DNA from: Halobacteriales archaeon
Lineage (GTDB): Archaea > Halobacteriota > Halobacteria > Halobacteriales > Hikarchaeaceae
NCBI GenBank assembly: GCA_034521615.1
Contig: JAXHME010000021.1
Location: 21,945-85,944 of the forward strand
Length of the DNA: 64,000 nucleotides
Reading direction: 5' to 3'
Shown: positions 28,250-39,124 of the stretch, one piece after another
Layout of the letters: every line of letters starts with the position of its first letter
Position numbering within the stretch: position 1 is the first letter of the stretch
The notes under the pieces: model-generated
What the model was told of the DNA's origin: nothing
The model's database searches: none
What the model saw: only the letters and a program-made list of their open reading frames with translations
Made by a program: the position numbers and the translations under genes

Positions 28250-29328
28250 TCAGCCGACGGCCGGCCAGCGCTCGGCGACCGCGCGGTAGATCGTCTCGCA
28301 GCGCTCGAGCACCTCGAGCCCGACGCTCTCGGTCGCCGTGTGCGCCTCGCCGCGCTCGGCCGGCCCGCAGATCACGCAGGTCACGCCGGCCTCGGCGAGC
28401 CAGCCCGCGTCGGTGGCGTGGGGCTTGCTCACGAGCGCGGGCTCGCCCCCGTCAACCGCCGACGTCGCCGCCTCCAGCACCGCCGCCGCGAACGCGTCGT
28501 CGTCGCAGGCCATCGGCGGGAGGTCCTGGTCGACCGTCCACTCGATTCCCTCGAGCTCCGCCACGCGCTCCAGCGCCGCCCGCTCCCCAGGTACAGTTCG
28601 CTCGTCGACGGTGATCGTGCACTCGTCCGGGATCACGTTCCAGGCCTCGCCGCCGTGGATCTCCGTGACGGCCACGCTGCCCCGCACCGGCTCGCCCAGC
28701 ACCTCGACCGACGGGAACGCGAGGTCCCGGACGGCCTCGACCGCCTCGCAGGCGCGGTAGACGGCGTTGACGCCCTCCTCGGGGAGGCTGGCGTGGCTGG
28801 CCTCGCCGCGGGCGGTGAGCGTGCTCGCGCGGCGGCCCTTGTGGGCCACGACCACGTCGGTCACCCCCGGCGCGGAGTAGTTCGTCGAACCCTCGCCCAC
28901 GACCGCGAAGTCGGGCGCGAAGCCGTCGTCGATCGCCGCCCGAGCCCCCTCGCCGCCGAGCTCCTCGCCCACGAAGGAGGCGAAGACCAGCTCGCCGGCG
29001 GGGTCGGCGTCCCGGAACGCGCGCATCGAGGCCGCCACGGCGCCCTTCATGTCCGCCGCGCCCCGGCCGTACAGCCGGCCGTCCTCCTCGCGGACCACGT
29101 ACGCCTCGCCGTCGACCTGGCTATCGTCGGGCGGGACGACGTCGTGGTGGCCCACGAGCGCGAGCGAGGGCCCGATCCCCGGCGGGCGATGACGTTCCCG
29201 ACCGCGTCCCGGCTCACCGCCGCGTCGGTCTCCCGGCGGAGCCAGTCCTCGATCCGGTCGCCCGCGGCGGTCGGGTCCTCGTGGCTGGGGACGGCGACCA
29301 GCTCGCGGGTCAGGTCGGCGACGGTCAT
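28250..29328 (-). pseudogene. M20-family metallopeptidase (ArgE/DapE/acetylornithine deacetylase-like), frame broken at 29168-29173
   Basis: ATG 29328 gives MTVADLTRELVAVPSHEDPTAAGDRIEDWLRRETDAAVSRDAVGNVIARRGSGP. The continuation SLALVGHHDVVPPDD...GRGAADMKGAVAA is in the frame of ORF 28250..29155. Confidence 0.8.
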
Positions 29329-29382
29329 GGTCGGGGTGGGCGCGGGCCGGGACAAAAGCCCTGCCGCCGGCGCTTGAACACC

Positions 29383-29389
29383 CTTATGG
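29383..29389 (+). promoter_or_regulatory. TATA-box-like CTTATGG about 27 nt upstream of ATG 29413
   Basis: Same motif class and spacing. Confidence 0.4.
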
Positions 29390-29412
29390 ACGCACGGCGC
29401 CGACTGACTGAC

Positions 29413-31276
29413 ATGAAACTGGTCCCGGACACGAGCGCGATCGTCGACGGTCGCGTCTCCGAGCGGGTCGCCGACGGCGCGTTCGCCGGCGCGACCGTGC
29501 TCGTCCCCAACGCCGTCGTCGCCGAGCTCGAGGCCCAGGCCAACGCCGACCGGGCCCGGGGCTGGGACGGCCTCGAGGAGCTCAAGCACCTCGTGGAGCT
29601 GGCCGAGGACGGCGAGATCGAGCTGGAGTACGTCGGCCGCCGGCCGAGCGACGTCGAGGTCGACCACGCCGAGCGGGGCGACGTGGACGCGCTCATCCGC
29701 GAGCTGGCGGCCGAGCACGGCGCGACCGTCCTCACCAGCGACGGCGTCCAGGCCGAGGTCGTCGCGGGCGACGGGCCTCGACGTCGAGTACGTCGAGCCG
29801 TCGGTCCGCGAGATCGGGGAGCTGCCCATCGCCGAGTTCTTCGACGAGCAGACGATGTCGGTCCACCTCCGGACCGGCGTGGCGCCGATGGCCAAGCGCG
29901 GTGACGTCGGCGACATGCACTACGAGACCATCCGCGACGACCCCACCACCGAGGAGCAGATGGTCGACTGGGCGCGACAGATCGTCGAGATGGCCGAGGC
30001 GGACCCCGACGGCTTCGTCGAGCTCGACGAGGGCGGCATGCGCATCGTCCAGTTCCGGGACTACCGCATCGCCATCGCCCGGCCGCCGTTCGCCGACGGC
30101 TGGGAGATCACCGCGGTCCGGCCGATCGTCAAGACCGACCTCGAGGCGTACGAGCACGCCGACGAGCTCAAGGCCCGGCTGCTCGAGCGCCAGCGCGGCA
30201 TGCTCATCGCGGGCTCGCCGGGCGCCGGGAAGACCACGTTCGCCCAGGCCGTCGCCGAGTTCCTCTCGGACAGCGACTACGCGGTCAAGACCATGGAGAA
30301 GCCCCGCGACCTCCAGGTCGGCCCGCAGATCACCCAGTACACCGCGCTCGCGGGCGACATGGCGAAGACCGCCGACGCGCTGCTCATGGTCCGGCCGGAC
30401 TACACCGTCTACGACGAGGTCAGGAAGACCGAGGACTTCCAGGTGTTCGGCGACATGCGGCTGGCCGGCGTCGGCATGGTCGGCGTCGTCCACGCCACCC
30501 GGGCCATCGACGCGCTCCAGCGGCTCATCGGCCGGGTCGAGCTCGGCCTCATCCCCCAGATCGTCGACACCGTCGTCTACATCGAGGCCGGCAAGGTCCA
30601 CACCGTCTACGACGTCAAGACCGAGGTGAAGGTCCCGAGCGGGCTCACCGAGGAGGACCTCGCCCGGCCGGTCATCACGATCGGCGACTTCGAGACCGGC
30701 GAGCCGGCGTTCGAGATCTACACGTTCAACCGGCAGGTCGTCACGGTGCCCGTCGGCGACATCGAGCCCGTCGAGTCGGGCGTCGACCGGCTGGCGAGAA
30801 ACGAGGTGGCCCGCGAGATCGAGTCCATCGCCAAGGGCCGGGTCGACGTCGAGCTCACCGGGGGGAACACCGCGACGGTCTACGTCTCGGAGGGCGACAT
30901 CTCGCAGGTCATCGGCAAGGGCGGCGACCGCATCTCCGCGGTCGAGGACCGGCTCGGCATCAACATCGATGTCCGGACCCACGACGAGCGGGTCGACGAC
31001 GCCCGGGCGCGTGACCCCGAGCCGGCCCCCGCGGGCGGCGACGACGGCTCGGCCGCCGGCGAGATCGTCACGCCCGAGATCACCGACCGCCACGTCGCCA
31101 TCCCCGTCGAGGACGGCGTCGGCCGGACCGTCGAGGTGCTGGCCGACGGCGAGTACCTGTTCACGGCCACCGTGGGCGGGGGCGGGGAGATCCAGGTCTC
31201 GCGGGGCAGCGCCATCGCCGAGGAGCTGGAGGACGCGATCGACCGCAGCCGACAGATCACCATCTCGCCGGCGTAG
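29413..31276 (+). pseudogene. PIN-domain / PilT-like ATPase with C-terminal KH domain (PINc-VapC family ATPase), frame broken at 29773-29775
   Basis: ATG 29413 gives the PIN N-terminus MKLVPDTSAIVDGRVSERV...LTSDGVQAEVVAGDG. The continuation LDVEYVEPSVREIGELPIAEFFDEQTMSVHL...AGSPGAGKTTFAQA (Walker A)...VIGKGGDRISAVE (KH) is in the frame of ORF 29855..31276. Confidence 0.8.
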
Positions 31277-31305
31277 CCCGGCCGGCGAGCGCGCCGCGCG
31301 GGGGG

Positions 31306-31575
31306 CTAGTTGCCCTGTTCGGCGGGCTCGGCCGCCTCGGCGTCCGCCTCGCCCGCGGTCAGCTCGTAGAGGTTCTGTCGGGCGTCCGCGAAGTAGACGT
31401 CCTCGGTGATGGCGTCGATCTCCGACAGCCGTTCGAGGGCGTAGCGGACGGTCCGCGGCGAGAGCATCGATTCCTCGACGATCGCCTTCTGGGTCAGCGG
31501 GCCGTTGTACTCCAGCACCTTGTAGACGAGCTTCGCGCTGGGCGGGAGGTCAGACAGAGCCTCGGGGTCAGCCAT
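31306..31575 (-). CDS. Winged-helix (MarR/TrmB-like) transcriptional regulator
   Basis: ATG 31575: MADPEALSDLPPSAKLVYKVLEYNGPLTQKAIVEESMLSPRTVRYALERLSEIDAITE... Confidence 0.7.
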   Translation of the reverse strand: MADPEALSDLPPSAKLVYKVLEYNGPLTQKAIVEESMLSPRTVRYALERLSEIDAITEDVYFADARQNLYELTAGEADAEAAEPAEQGN

Positions 31576-31676
31576 CGACGGCACAGTTCGTGTGGTCCAT
31601 TATAAAGGTGAGCGACCATCGGTCACCGTAATCCCCCTTCGGGCGGTAGTCTGTCGAACGGGCACGGAACGAACCG

Positions 31677-31683
31677 CTTTTGG
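31677..31683 (+). promoter_or_regulatory. TATA-box-like CTTTTGG about 27 nt upstream of ATG 31707
   Basis: Same motif class and spacing. Confidence 0.4.
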
Positions 31684-31706
31684 GCGGGCCTCTCCGAGAG
31701 GGCCCC

Positions 31707-32009
31707 ATGGCCACCGAGACGGCTGACCGCGGGGCTCAACACCGACGGAGCCTCAAGGTCACCGCGACCGCGTCCCTGGCCGGCGTCGCCGCCGGGGTCG
31801 TGACGCCGATGCTCACGAGCGGCCCGTCCGACCGGCTCGGGGTCGCGGTCGTGATCGGCGCGGTGCTCGCCGTCCTCGGCCTGCTTCGCCTCATGGGCGT
31901 GGACGTCGACGACTTCTCGACGAAGGACCACCTCTACGTGGCCTTCATGGCGTTCGCGCTGTGGTTCATGACCTGGACCATCATGCTCGAGACCGGCGCC
32001 ACGCTGTAG
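31707..32009 (+). CDS. Small membrane protein (EMC6-like, 100 aa)
   Basis: ATG 31707, preceded by CTTTTGG 27 nt upstream. Two or three TM segments. Sits immediately upstream of ABCE1. Confidence 0.55.
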   Translation: MATETADRGAQHRRSLKVTATASLAGVAAGVVTPMLTSGPSDRLGVAVVIGAVLAVLGLLRLMGVDVDDFSTKDHLYVAFMAFALWFMTWTIMLETGATL

Positions 32010-32011
32010 CC

Positions 32012-33844
32012 ATGGCCCGCGACAGCATCGCGGTCGTCGACCTGGACCACTGCCAACCCGACCGCTGCAACTACGAGTGCTCGAACTTCTGCCCGCCGAA
32101 CCGGACGGGCAAGGAGTGCATCGTCACCCGCGAGGAGCGCCACGGCAAGGAGGGCGAGTACGAGGGCGAGCCCGAGCAGGTCAGCATCTCCGAGGACATC
32201 TGCCTGGGCGAGTCCTGTGGCATCTGCGTCGTGAAGTGCCCGTTCGACGCCATCGAGATCGTCAACCTGCCCCAGGCGCTCGACGACGAGCCCGCCCACC
32301 GCTACGGCGAGAACACCTTCGAGCTCTACGGCCTCCCGGTGCCCCAGGAGGGCCGGGTCACCGGCCTGCTGGGCCCGAACGGCATCGGCAAGTCGACCGC
32401 CGTGAAGGTGCTCGCCGGGGAGTTCCCGCCGAACCTCGGGCGGTTCGACGACCCGCCCGGCTGGGAGGCGGTTCGCGACGAGTTCCGCGGCACCGAGCTC
32501 CAGGACTTCATCGGCGGGCTGCGCGACGGCGACATCAGCGTCGCCCGCAAGCCCCAGTACGTCGACCACATCCCCGACCAGTTCGACGGCCTGACCAGCG
32601 AGCTGCTCGAGCGCACCGACGAGCGGGGCGCCCTCGACGAGCTCGTCGACCGGCTCGACATCCGACCGGTGCTCGACCAGTCGATCGACACCCTGTCGGG
32701 CGGGGAGCTCCAGCGCGTCGCCCTGGTCGCCGCGCTGGCCCGCGACGCCGACTTCTACTTCCTCGACGAGGTGACGCCGTACCTCGACGTCAGCCAGCGC
32801 GTCGCCGCCGCGCGGCTCATCCGCGAGATCGCCGAGCACGGGGACCGGTCGATGCTGGTCGTCGAGCACGACCTGGCCATCCTCGACCTGCTCGCCGACT
32901 CGATCCACGTCGGCTACGGCGAGCCGGGCGTCTTCGGCGTCATCACCGACCCGAAGTCCACCCGGAACGGCATCAACGAGTACCTCAAGGGCTACCTGGA
33001 GAACGAGAACATGCGGGTCCGCCCGAACGCCATCGAGTTCGAGCGCCACGCGCCCCGGGCGGACACCGGCGCGGGCACGACGCTCGCGACCTACCCCGAC
33101 CTCGAGGTCGACTACGGCGCCGGCGAGTTCGGGCTCACCGTCGACGCCGGCGAGATCCGCGAGGACGAGGTGCTCGGCATCGTCGGGCCGAACGGCATCG
33201 GCAAGTCGACGTTCGCGAAGCTGCTCGCCGGCGAGCTCGAGCCCGACGCGGGCGAGCTCGACCTCGACCTCGAGATCGCCTACAAGCCCCAGTACATCGA
33301 GGCCGACGACCCCATCCGGGTCGACGCCTACCTGGCGTCGATCACGAGCGACTTCGGCTCGTCGTACTGGGAGACCGAGGTCGCGAACCCGCTCCAGCTG
33401 GGCCGCATCATGGAGCAAAATCTCACGGACCTCTCGGGCGGCGAGCGCCAGCGGGTCGCCATCGCGGCCGCCCTCTCGAGCGAGGCCGACCTCTACCTGC
33501 TCGACGAGCCGTCGGCCCACCTGGACGTCGAACAGCGCGTCCGGGCGACCCAGGCCATCCGGCGCTACGCCGAGAACCAGGGCGCGACCGTGCTCGTCAT
33601 CGACCACGACATCTACATGCTCGACCTGCTGGCCGACCGGCTGCTCGTCTTCGACGGCGAGCCCGCCGCCCACGGCCACGCCAGCGAGCCCCAGGCGATG
33701 CGCTCGGGCATGAACGAGTTCCTCGCGAACCTCGACGTCACCTTCCGCCGCGACGAGCGCACCGGCCGCCCGCGGGTCAACAAGCCCGACAGCCAGAAGG
33801 ACCGCGAGCAGAAGCGCGCGGGCGAGTACTACTACGCCCAGTAG
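32012..33844 (+). CDS. abce1: ABCE1/RLI ribosome-recycling ATPase
   Basis: ATG 32012 gives MARDSIAVVDLDHCQPDRCNYECSNFCPPNR plus CLGESCGICVVKCPFDAI, the two 4Fe-4S clusters. Two ABC cassettes follow (GPNGIGKST twice, LSGGELQR and LSGGERQR). Confidence 0.9.
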   Translation: MARDSIAVVDLDHCQPDRCNYECSNFCPPNRTGKECIVTREERHGKEGEYEGEPEQVSISEDICLGESCGICVVKCPFDAIEIVNLPQALDDEPAHRYGENTFELYGLPVPQEGRVTGLLGPNGIGKSTAVKVLAGEFPPNLGRFDDPPGWEAVRDEFRGTELQDFIGGLRDGDISVARKPQYVDHIPDQFDGLTSELLERTDERGALDELVDRLDIRPVLDQSIDTLSGGELQRVALVAALARDADFYFLDEVTPYLDVSQRVAAARLIREIAEHGDRSMLVVEHDLAILDLLADSIHVGYGEPGVFGVITDPKSTRNGINEYLKGYLENENMRVRPNAIEFERHAPRADTGAGTTLATYPDLEVDYGAGEFGLTVDAGEIREDEVLGIVGPNGIGKSTFAKLLAGELEPDAGELDLDLEIAYKPQYIEADDPIRVDAYLASITSDFGSSYWETEVANPLQLGRIMEQNLTDLSGGERQRVAIAAALSSEADLYLLDEPSAHLDVEQRVRATQAIRRYAENQGATVLVIDHDIYMLDLLADRLLVFDGEPAAHGHASEPQAMRSGMNEFLANLDVTFRRDERTGRPRVNKPDSQKDREQKRAGEYYYAQ

Positions 33845-33859
33845 GCCGGCCGGATCGCC

Positions 33860-35026
33860 TCAGCCGTCCTCGCCGTAGAGCGACGTCTCGGGGTGGAAGT
33901 CGAGCCACGAGAACCAGAACAGCGGCGGGAGCTCGTTCGCCGCCGACAGCGTGCGGCCCTCGTGGGGACCGTCCACCGCCGGCCCCGTACTCCGCCGCCA
34001 CCGGGAGCCCCCGCCGGCGAGGTGTTCGGCGTCGGCCGCCTCGAACTCGAGCGTGCCCCCGTCGACGGTCCGGTCGTAGGCGACGAGCGAGTCCCCGGGC
34101 GCGGCGGCCACGACGACCGGCTGGTCGCCGACGGCATCGTTCACCGACGTCTGCCTCCTGGACCGCGGGCAGCGGGTACGCCCTCGCCGCGATCTCCCGG
34201 TCCGTCACCCCGATCACGATGGTCTTGGGGTGGAGCCGGTCGTCGTCGAACGTCGAGCCGCCCCGCACCTCGCCGGAGGTATCGTACCCCCCGTACGGGT
34301 CGAACGTGTAGTCCCGGGTCGCGTCCCGGCCGGCGACCGTGTTCGAGTCGGGCGGGGGCAGCAGCACGGGCGAGTCGGGGTGGTCCTCCCGCCAGGCCCC
34401 CAGCGTCGTGATGGTCGACGGCACGAGGTCGAGCGTGTGGCCCGTCATCGGCCCCCGGATGGCCGTCGCGGCGACCTGCGCCCACCGGCTGTCGGTCAGC
34501 CGGTCGTACATCACGAGGTTCGACCGCCAGAGCAGGCCGCTCGCGCCGAAGACCGTCGGCTGCCGCTGGACCCGTTCGGCCGGGCCGTGAGCCCGCTCCG
34601 ACAGAGCGGGCAGTAGGACACGAGCAGCGGCCCGCCGAGCGTGTCGTTGACGAGCTCGTGCCAGTTCAACAGCCGGAGCGGGTAGGCCCGGGCCTCGCCG
34701 CCCCGCTCGACGCCGATGACCCGCTCGTCGTCGTCGAGGCGCGGCCGGATCGTCTTCTCGTTGCCGAACAGGTCCTTCGCCTGGAGCTCGACGCCCGACC
34801 AGTCAGCCGCGAACGCCGGCTCGGTGATGGCCGGGATGCCGTCGCGGGGCACGCTCCGGACGAGCTGGTCCGCCGGGACCGGGAGGTCGACGTCCGCCAC
34901 CGAGCCGACCGCCGGGGTCCGGGTCGGAGAGGCCGTCTCCGTGCCGGCGCCGGGGAACCCGCCGGCACAGCCCGCCAGGCCGGCGGCCGCGCCGGTCAGC
35001 AGCCCCAGCAGCCGGCGCCGTTGCAT
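33860..35026 (-). pseudogene. DUF3179-domain Tat lipoprotein, two frame breaks (about 34578-34586 and 34144-34145)
   Basis: ATG 35026 gives MQRRRLLGLLTGAAAGLAGC...LVSYCPLCRSGLTA. The middle segment ERVQRQPTVFGASGLLWRSNLVMYDRLTDSRWAQ...AYPLPAVQEADV is in the frame of ORF 33777..34514. The C-terminal segment VNDAVGDQPVVVAAAPGDSLVAYDRT...FWFSWLDFHPETSLYGEDG is in the frame of ORF 33860..34144. Confidence 0.7.
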
Positions 35027-35108
35027 ACCGGGCCCTCGCCCGTGGGCGATAAAACGCGACAGCGGTTCGGCGATGCCATCGCACGACCACCGCCCGCCGA
35101 GCGGCGGC

Positions 35109-35116
35109 CTTTTTGG
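35109..35116 (+). promoter_or_regulatory. TATA-box-like CTTTTTGG about 29 nt upstream of ATG 35141
   Basis: Same motif class and spacing. Confidence 0.4.
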
Positions 35117-35140
35117 TCCGGCCCGCCCGTCGGCTCGGGT

Positions 35141-35389
35141 ATGCCCACCCGCTGTGCCCGCTGTGGCGAGATCGCCGGCCGGGGGCGGAGCCTGCCGGTG
35201 CCGGCCGACTGGCTGCGCTACCTCGAGGCCGAGCGGGGGCTCTCCTCGCCGGTCGGCCGGCTGACGATGCCGCTCTGTCCGGACTGCTACCGGGAGCTGG
35301 ACGGCCTCGACGAGGCCGACGACGAGGCCGACGTCCACGCCGCGCTGGAGGAGCTCGACCTCGACCAGCTGGTCGATCAGGGCGCCTGA
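35141..35389 (+). CDS. Small zinc-finger protein (82 aa)
   Basis: ATG 35141: MPTRCARCGEIAGRGRSLPVPADWLRYLEAERGLSSPVGRLTMPLCPDCYRELDGLDEADDEADVHAALEELDLDQLVDQGA. CTTTTTGG lies about 29 nt upstream. Confidence 0.55.
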   Translation: MPTRCARCGEIAGRGRSLPVPADWLRYLEAERGLSSPVGRLTMPLCPDCYRELDGLDEADDEADVHAALEELDLDQLVDQGA

Positions 35390-35422
35390 GGGACGCGGAA
35401 CGACCGACGGCCCGGTGGCGGC

Positions 35423-35944
35423 TCAGTCGAGCGTCCGGTTGCAGGTCCCACAGAGGTTCTGCTCCTTGACGTCGACCTCGCGGACGGTCGGCGAGAAGCT
35501 CATGACACAGCGGTGGTTGTCGCAGTGCTCGAGGCCGAGCGTGTGGCCCACCTCGTGGACGACCTCCTTGCGGACGCGGTCGGCGAAGATCTCCCCGGAG
35601 GAGCGCTGGGAGAAGCCGCCGTCCGAGGAGGTCGAGAGCCGGTAGGTCGAGACGACCGAGGCCTTGCCGTCGAGGTAGGCCAGCCCGAAGACGTAGTTCC
35701 GCCGGCGGTAGAACAGGTCGGCCGGCGTGATGGCGAGGTTCTTCGCCCCGTCGCCGATCCGGGCGGCGAGCTCGATGAACGGCTCGGCCAGGTACTGGTC
35801 GCGGGACTCGTCGTACGCGTCCTCCGGGAGCGGCTCGGGGCCGTGCAGCGTCACCTCCGCGTCGTAGACCGAGCGGAGCGCCGAGGAGGCCTGACGCTTG
35901 ACGGGCGCCGGCACCTCGCCGATGGGGACGATGTCGACGAGCAT
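35423..35944 (-). CDS. amzA: Archaemetzincin
   Basis: ATG 35944 gives MLVDIVPIGEVP... HEVGHTLGLEHCDNHRCVMSFS plus CGTC match the archaemetzincin zinc sites. Confidence 0.85.
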   Translation of the reverse strand: MLVDIVPIGEVPAPVKRQASSALRSVYDAEVTLHGPEPLPEDAYDESRDQYLAEPFIELAARIGDGAKNLAITPADLFYRRRNYVFGLAYLDGKASVVSTYRLSTSSDGGFSQRSSGEIFADRVRKEVVHEVGHTLGLEHCDNHRCVMSFSPTVREVDVKEQNLCGTCNRTLD

Positions 35945-35984
35945 GGCCAGCGTTATGCACAGCCGTGGCATAAATATCTCGACA

Positions 35985-36389
35985 GTGGACGCCGCCACAC
36001 GGGACGCCCTCGCGGCCCGCCTCCGCCCGTTCGACCCCGTCGTCGAGCTGGCGATCGGCCGGCGGCCGGCCGTCGCGGCCGCGCTCGCCGAGACCAACGC
36101 GGTCATCGCGACCGACCTGGTCGACCGGCCCGTGCCCCCGGGCGTGCACTTCGTCCGGGACGACCTCACCGCCCCGGACGAGCTGCTCTACAACTCGGCG
36201 GCGGCCCTCTACGCCCTGAACCTCCCCGAGGAGCTCCACCGGCCGGCGCTCGACCTCGCCGAGGCGGTCGACGCCGCGCTGGCGTTCACGACCCTCGGGA
36301 ACGAGTCGCCGACCGTCCCGGTTGGCCGCCGGGAGACGCTGCCCGGCGAGACGCTGTTCTGGGTCCGCGAACGGGCGGATTCCGGCTGA
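35985..36389 (+). CDS. UPF0146-family protein
   Basis: In ORF 35898..36389. VVELAIGRRPAVAAALAETNAVIATDLVD...ALYALNLPEELHRPALDLAE fits UPF0146. The start is uncertain (GTG 35985 or ATG 35955). Confidence 0.6.
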   Translation: MDAATRDALAARLRPFDPVVELAIGRRPAVAAALAETNAVIATDLVDRPVPPGVHFVRDDLTAPDELLYNSAAALYALNLPEELHRPALDLAEAVDAALAFTTLGNESPTVPVGRRETLPGETLFWVRERADSG

Positions 36390-36479
36390 GCTTCCCAGGG
36401 CTGACCTCGCCTCCCGATGGCGATTTTCGGACCTAGAACGGTGGGAAGCTACTTCACGGCACGGTGCGTACCCTAGTGA

Positions 36480-38147
36480 ATGGTCGGGGGGCCGTTGGGC
36501 TCGGGCGTGCTGGGCCTCATGATGGGGACTCACCTGGTGGCGGCGGCCGCGTCGGGAGGCATCGCGGTCTTCGTCCTCCGTCGACACCGCCAGCGGCGAC
36601 TTGGCCGGGTCTTCGCGCTCCTGATGGCCGCCCTCACCCTCTGGACGGTGGGCTCGCTGGCGAAGCTGTTCGCGCCCGAGCCGGGGCTCTACGTCGGGCT
36701 CTCGCTGATCCAGTACGTCGGCATCGGCCTGTCGACGGCGTTCCTGTTCGCCTTCGGGCTCGTCTACCTCGGCCGGGAGGACCTCGTCGAGCCCCGCACG
36801 CTGCTGGCGCTGCTCGTGGTCCCCGGGCTGACCCTGCTCGCGCTCGGCACCACCAACATGCACGGCCTGTTCTACTCCGGCTTCGAGGTCGCCACGATCG
36901 GCGACGCCTCGGTCCTCCACGCCCGGGTCGGGCCGCTGTTCTGGGCCTGGACGGCGTACGGCTGGACCCTGCTGTTCGCGGCCTCCGCGCTGGTCGTCTA
37001 CGGCGGCATCCAGCGGTCGCCCTACCACCGCGTCGAGGCGGCGGTGGTCGTCCTCGGCGTCGGCGTGGCCTGGGCGGTGAACCTGGCCTTCGTGGGGTTC
37101 GACTGGCCCCACCCGGCCATCGACCCCACCCCGATCGGGCTGACGGCGGCGGGCCTGCTGTTCACCGTGGCCGTGTTCACCACCCGCCTCGAGGGCGTCC
37201 TGCCGGCCGCCCGCTCGCGGGTGCTCGACGCCATCGACGACGCCGTCATCGCGGTCGACCCCGACGGGCGGATCGCCGACGTGAACGCGACGGCCCTGGC
37301 GCTGTTCGACGACGAGGTTCCCTACCGGCGGCCGGAGAACGAGGTGCTGCCCGAACCGATCCGAGCCAGGTCTGACGGCGACGACGGCATCGTCGAGATC
37401 GGGGTCGACGGCGAGGCGAAGATGTACCGGTACCGCCGGCTCCCGGTCGGCCCGGAGGGCATCCACGGCGACGTGATCGTCCTGACCGAGCTCACCGAGC
37501 TCATCCACACCCGCCGGGAGCTCGAGCGCCAGAACGAGCGCCTCGAGGAGTTCGCGAGCGTGGTGAGCCACGACCTCCGGAACCCGCTCTCGGTCGCCGC
37601 GGGGAACCTCGAGCTGGCCCTCGAGGAGCACGACGACGACCACCTCGAGAATGTCCGGACCGCCCACGACCGGATGGAGCGCCTCGTCGAGGAGCTGCTC
37701 TCGCTGGCCCGCCAGGGTCGCACCGTCGGCGAGACGGAGCCCGTCGACCTCGGGCTTTCGGCCCTCGACGCCTGGGAGACCGTCGAGACGCCGGAGGCCA
37801 CCCTCGACCTCGGCCCGTCGCTCGGCCACGTCGAGGCCGACCCGGATCGGCTCGAGCAGCTGTTCTGGAACCTGTTCACGAACGCCGTCGAGCACGCCGG
37901 GCCGGCCGTCACGATCCGGGTCGAGCGGACCGAGGAGGGGTTCGCCGTCGAGGACGACGGGCCCGGCGTCGACGACGACGCGCTCGACCGGCTCTTCGAG
38001 CACGGCTACACCACCTCGGCCGGCGGCACGGGCTTCGGGCTCGCCATCGTCCGCAGGGTCGCGGAGGCCCACGGCTGGACCGTCGACGCCATGGCGTCCC
38101 GCGAGGGCGGTCTCCGTCTGGAGTTCGGCGGCGTCGAGGCCGCCTGA
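36480..38147 (+). CDS. Sensor histidine kinase (N-terminal multi-TM sensor, PAS-like, HisKA, HATPase_c)
   Basis: 555-aa ORF. About 7 hydrophobic helices. H-box [17 protein letters not shown]-box [13 protein letters not shown]-boxes DDGPGV and GTGFGLAIV. Confidence 0.85.
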   Translation: MVGGPLGSGVLGLMMGTHLVAAAASGGIAVFVLRRHRQRRLGRVFALLMAALTLWTVGSLAKLFAPEPGLYVGLSLIQYVGIGLSTAFLFAFGLVYLGREDLVEPRTLLALLVVPGLTLLALGTTNMHGLFYSGFEVATIGDASVLHARVGPLFWAWTAYGWTLLFAASALVVYGGIQRSPYHRVEAAVVVLGVGVAWAVNLAFVGFDWPHPAIDPTPIGLTAAGLLFTVAVFTTRLEGVLPAARSRVLDAIDDAVIAVDPDGRIADVNATALALFDDEVPYRRPENEVLPEPIRARSDGDDGIVEIGVDGEAKMYRYRRLPVGPEGIHGDVIVLTELTELIHTRRELERQNERLEEFASVVSHDLRNPLSVAAGNLELALEEHDDDHLENVRTAHDRMERLVEELLSLARQGRTVGETEPVDLGLSALDAWETVETPEATLDLGPSLGHVEADPDRLEQLFWNLFTNAVEHAGPAVTIRVERTEEGFAVEDDGPGVDDDALDRLFEHGYTTSAGGTGFGLAIVRRVAEAHGWTVDAMASREGGLRLEFGGVEAA

Positions 38148-38196
38148 GGCCGGCCGCCTCGCAAGGCCCATTACGGCGCCGACCCGAGCCGCCACC

Positions 38197-39072
38197 ATGC
38201 GCGTCGACGCGGTCGTGCTGGACGTCGACGGCGTGCTGGTCGACGTCGCGGACTCCTACCGGCGCGCCGTGGTCGACACGGTCGACCGGCTACACGGCGA
38301 GACGGTCCCGAGGGACGCCCTCCAGGCGCTGAAGGACGCCGGCGGGTTCAACAACGACTGGGAGCTCACCGACGCGGTCTGCCTCTACGTGCTGGCGGGG
38401 CGGTCGGGCTACGACTCGACCGTGGCCGCCTACGCCGACGCCATCGCCGAGCGTGGCGGCGGGATCGCCGGCGCCCGGGAGGCGCTCGCCGACGCCCTCG
38501 GCCTGGAGTCCGCGGCGGGCGTCGAGGCCGACTGGGACCCCGACCGCGTCCGGGCGGTCTTCCAGCAGCTCTACCTCGGCAGCGAGCGCTACCGGGAGCT
38601 CGAGGGTGCAGAGCCCGCGCTCGACGTCACGGGCTACATGGACGACGAGCCGGTGCTCGTCGAGCCGGCCACGATCGACGAGCTCCTCGGGCGGTACGCG
38701 GTCGGGGTGCTCACCGGGCGGCCCGCCGCGGAGGCGAGGATCGCGCTCGAACGGGTGGGGCTGGCCCTGCCCGAGGACCGGGTCGTGACGATGGACTCCG
38801 AGTACCCCGGCAAGCCGGCCCCCGACGGGCTGGTGGCGCTGGCCGAGCGCGTCGGCGCCGAGTCGGTCGCCTTCGTCGGCGACACGCTCGACGACGTCCG
38901 GACCGCGACCGCGGCGAGCGACGTGGACCCGGACCGGCGGTACCACGGGATCGGGGTCCTGACCGGGGGGCTCACCGGCGAGGCCGGCCGGGCCGCCTAC
39001 CGCTCGGCGGGCGCGGCCGCGGTCCTCGACTCCGTCAACGACCTCCCGGGGCTGCTCGAGCCGCTGGCGTGA
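38197..39072 (+). CDS. HAD-superfamily hydrolase (TIGR01548-like)
   Basis: ATG 38197 gives [17 protein letters not shown], the DxDG motif I. ...GVLTGRP... and ...FVGDTLDDV are also present. Confidence 0.8.
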   Translation: MRVDAVVLDVDGVLVDVADSYRRAVVDTVDRLHGETVPRDALQALKDAGGFNNDWELTDAVCLYVLAGRSGYDSTVAAYADAIAERGGGIAGAREALADALGLESAAGVEADWDPDRVRAVFQQLYLGSERYRELEGAEPALDVTGYMDDEPVLVEPATIDELLGRYAVGVLTGRPAAEARIALERVGLALPEDRVVTMDSEYPGKPAPDGLVALAERVGAESVAFVGDTLDDVRTATAASDVDPDRRYHGIGVLTGGLTGEAGRAAYRSAGAAAVLDSVNDLPGLLEPLA

Positions 39073-39124
39073 GCACCCTCCCGACATCGTCACGGCCATA
39101 AGCGGCCGGGCCGTCGGCGTCGCC

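Noticed and set aside
34803-38198. 1131-aa minus-strand ORF, the longest in the track
   Set aside because: It runs antisense or out of frame across five recognisable genes (DUF3179, zinc finger, archaemetzincin, UPF0146, histidine kinase). Its Arg/Pro/Gly-dominated composition marks it as a GC artefact.
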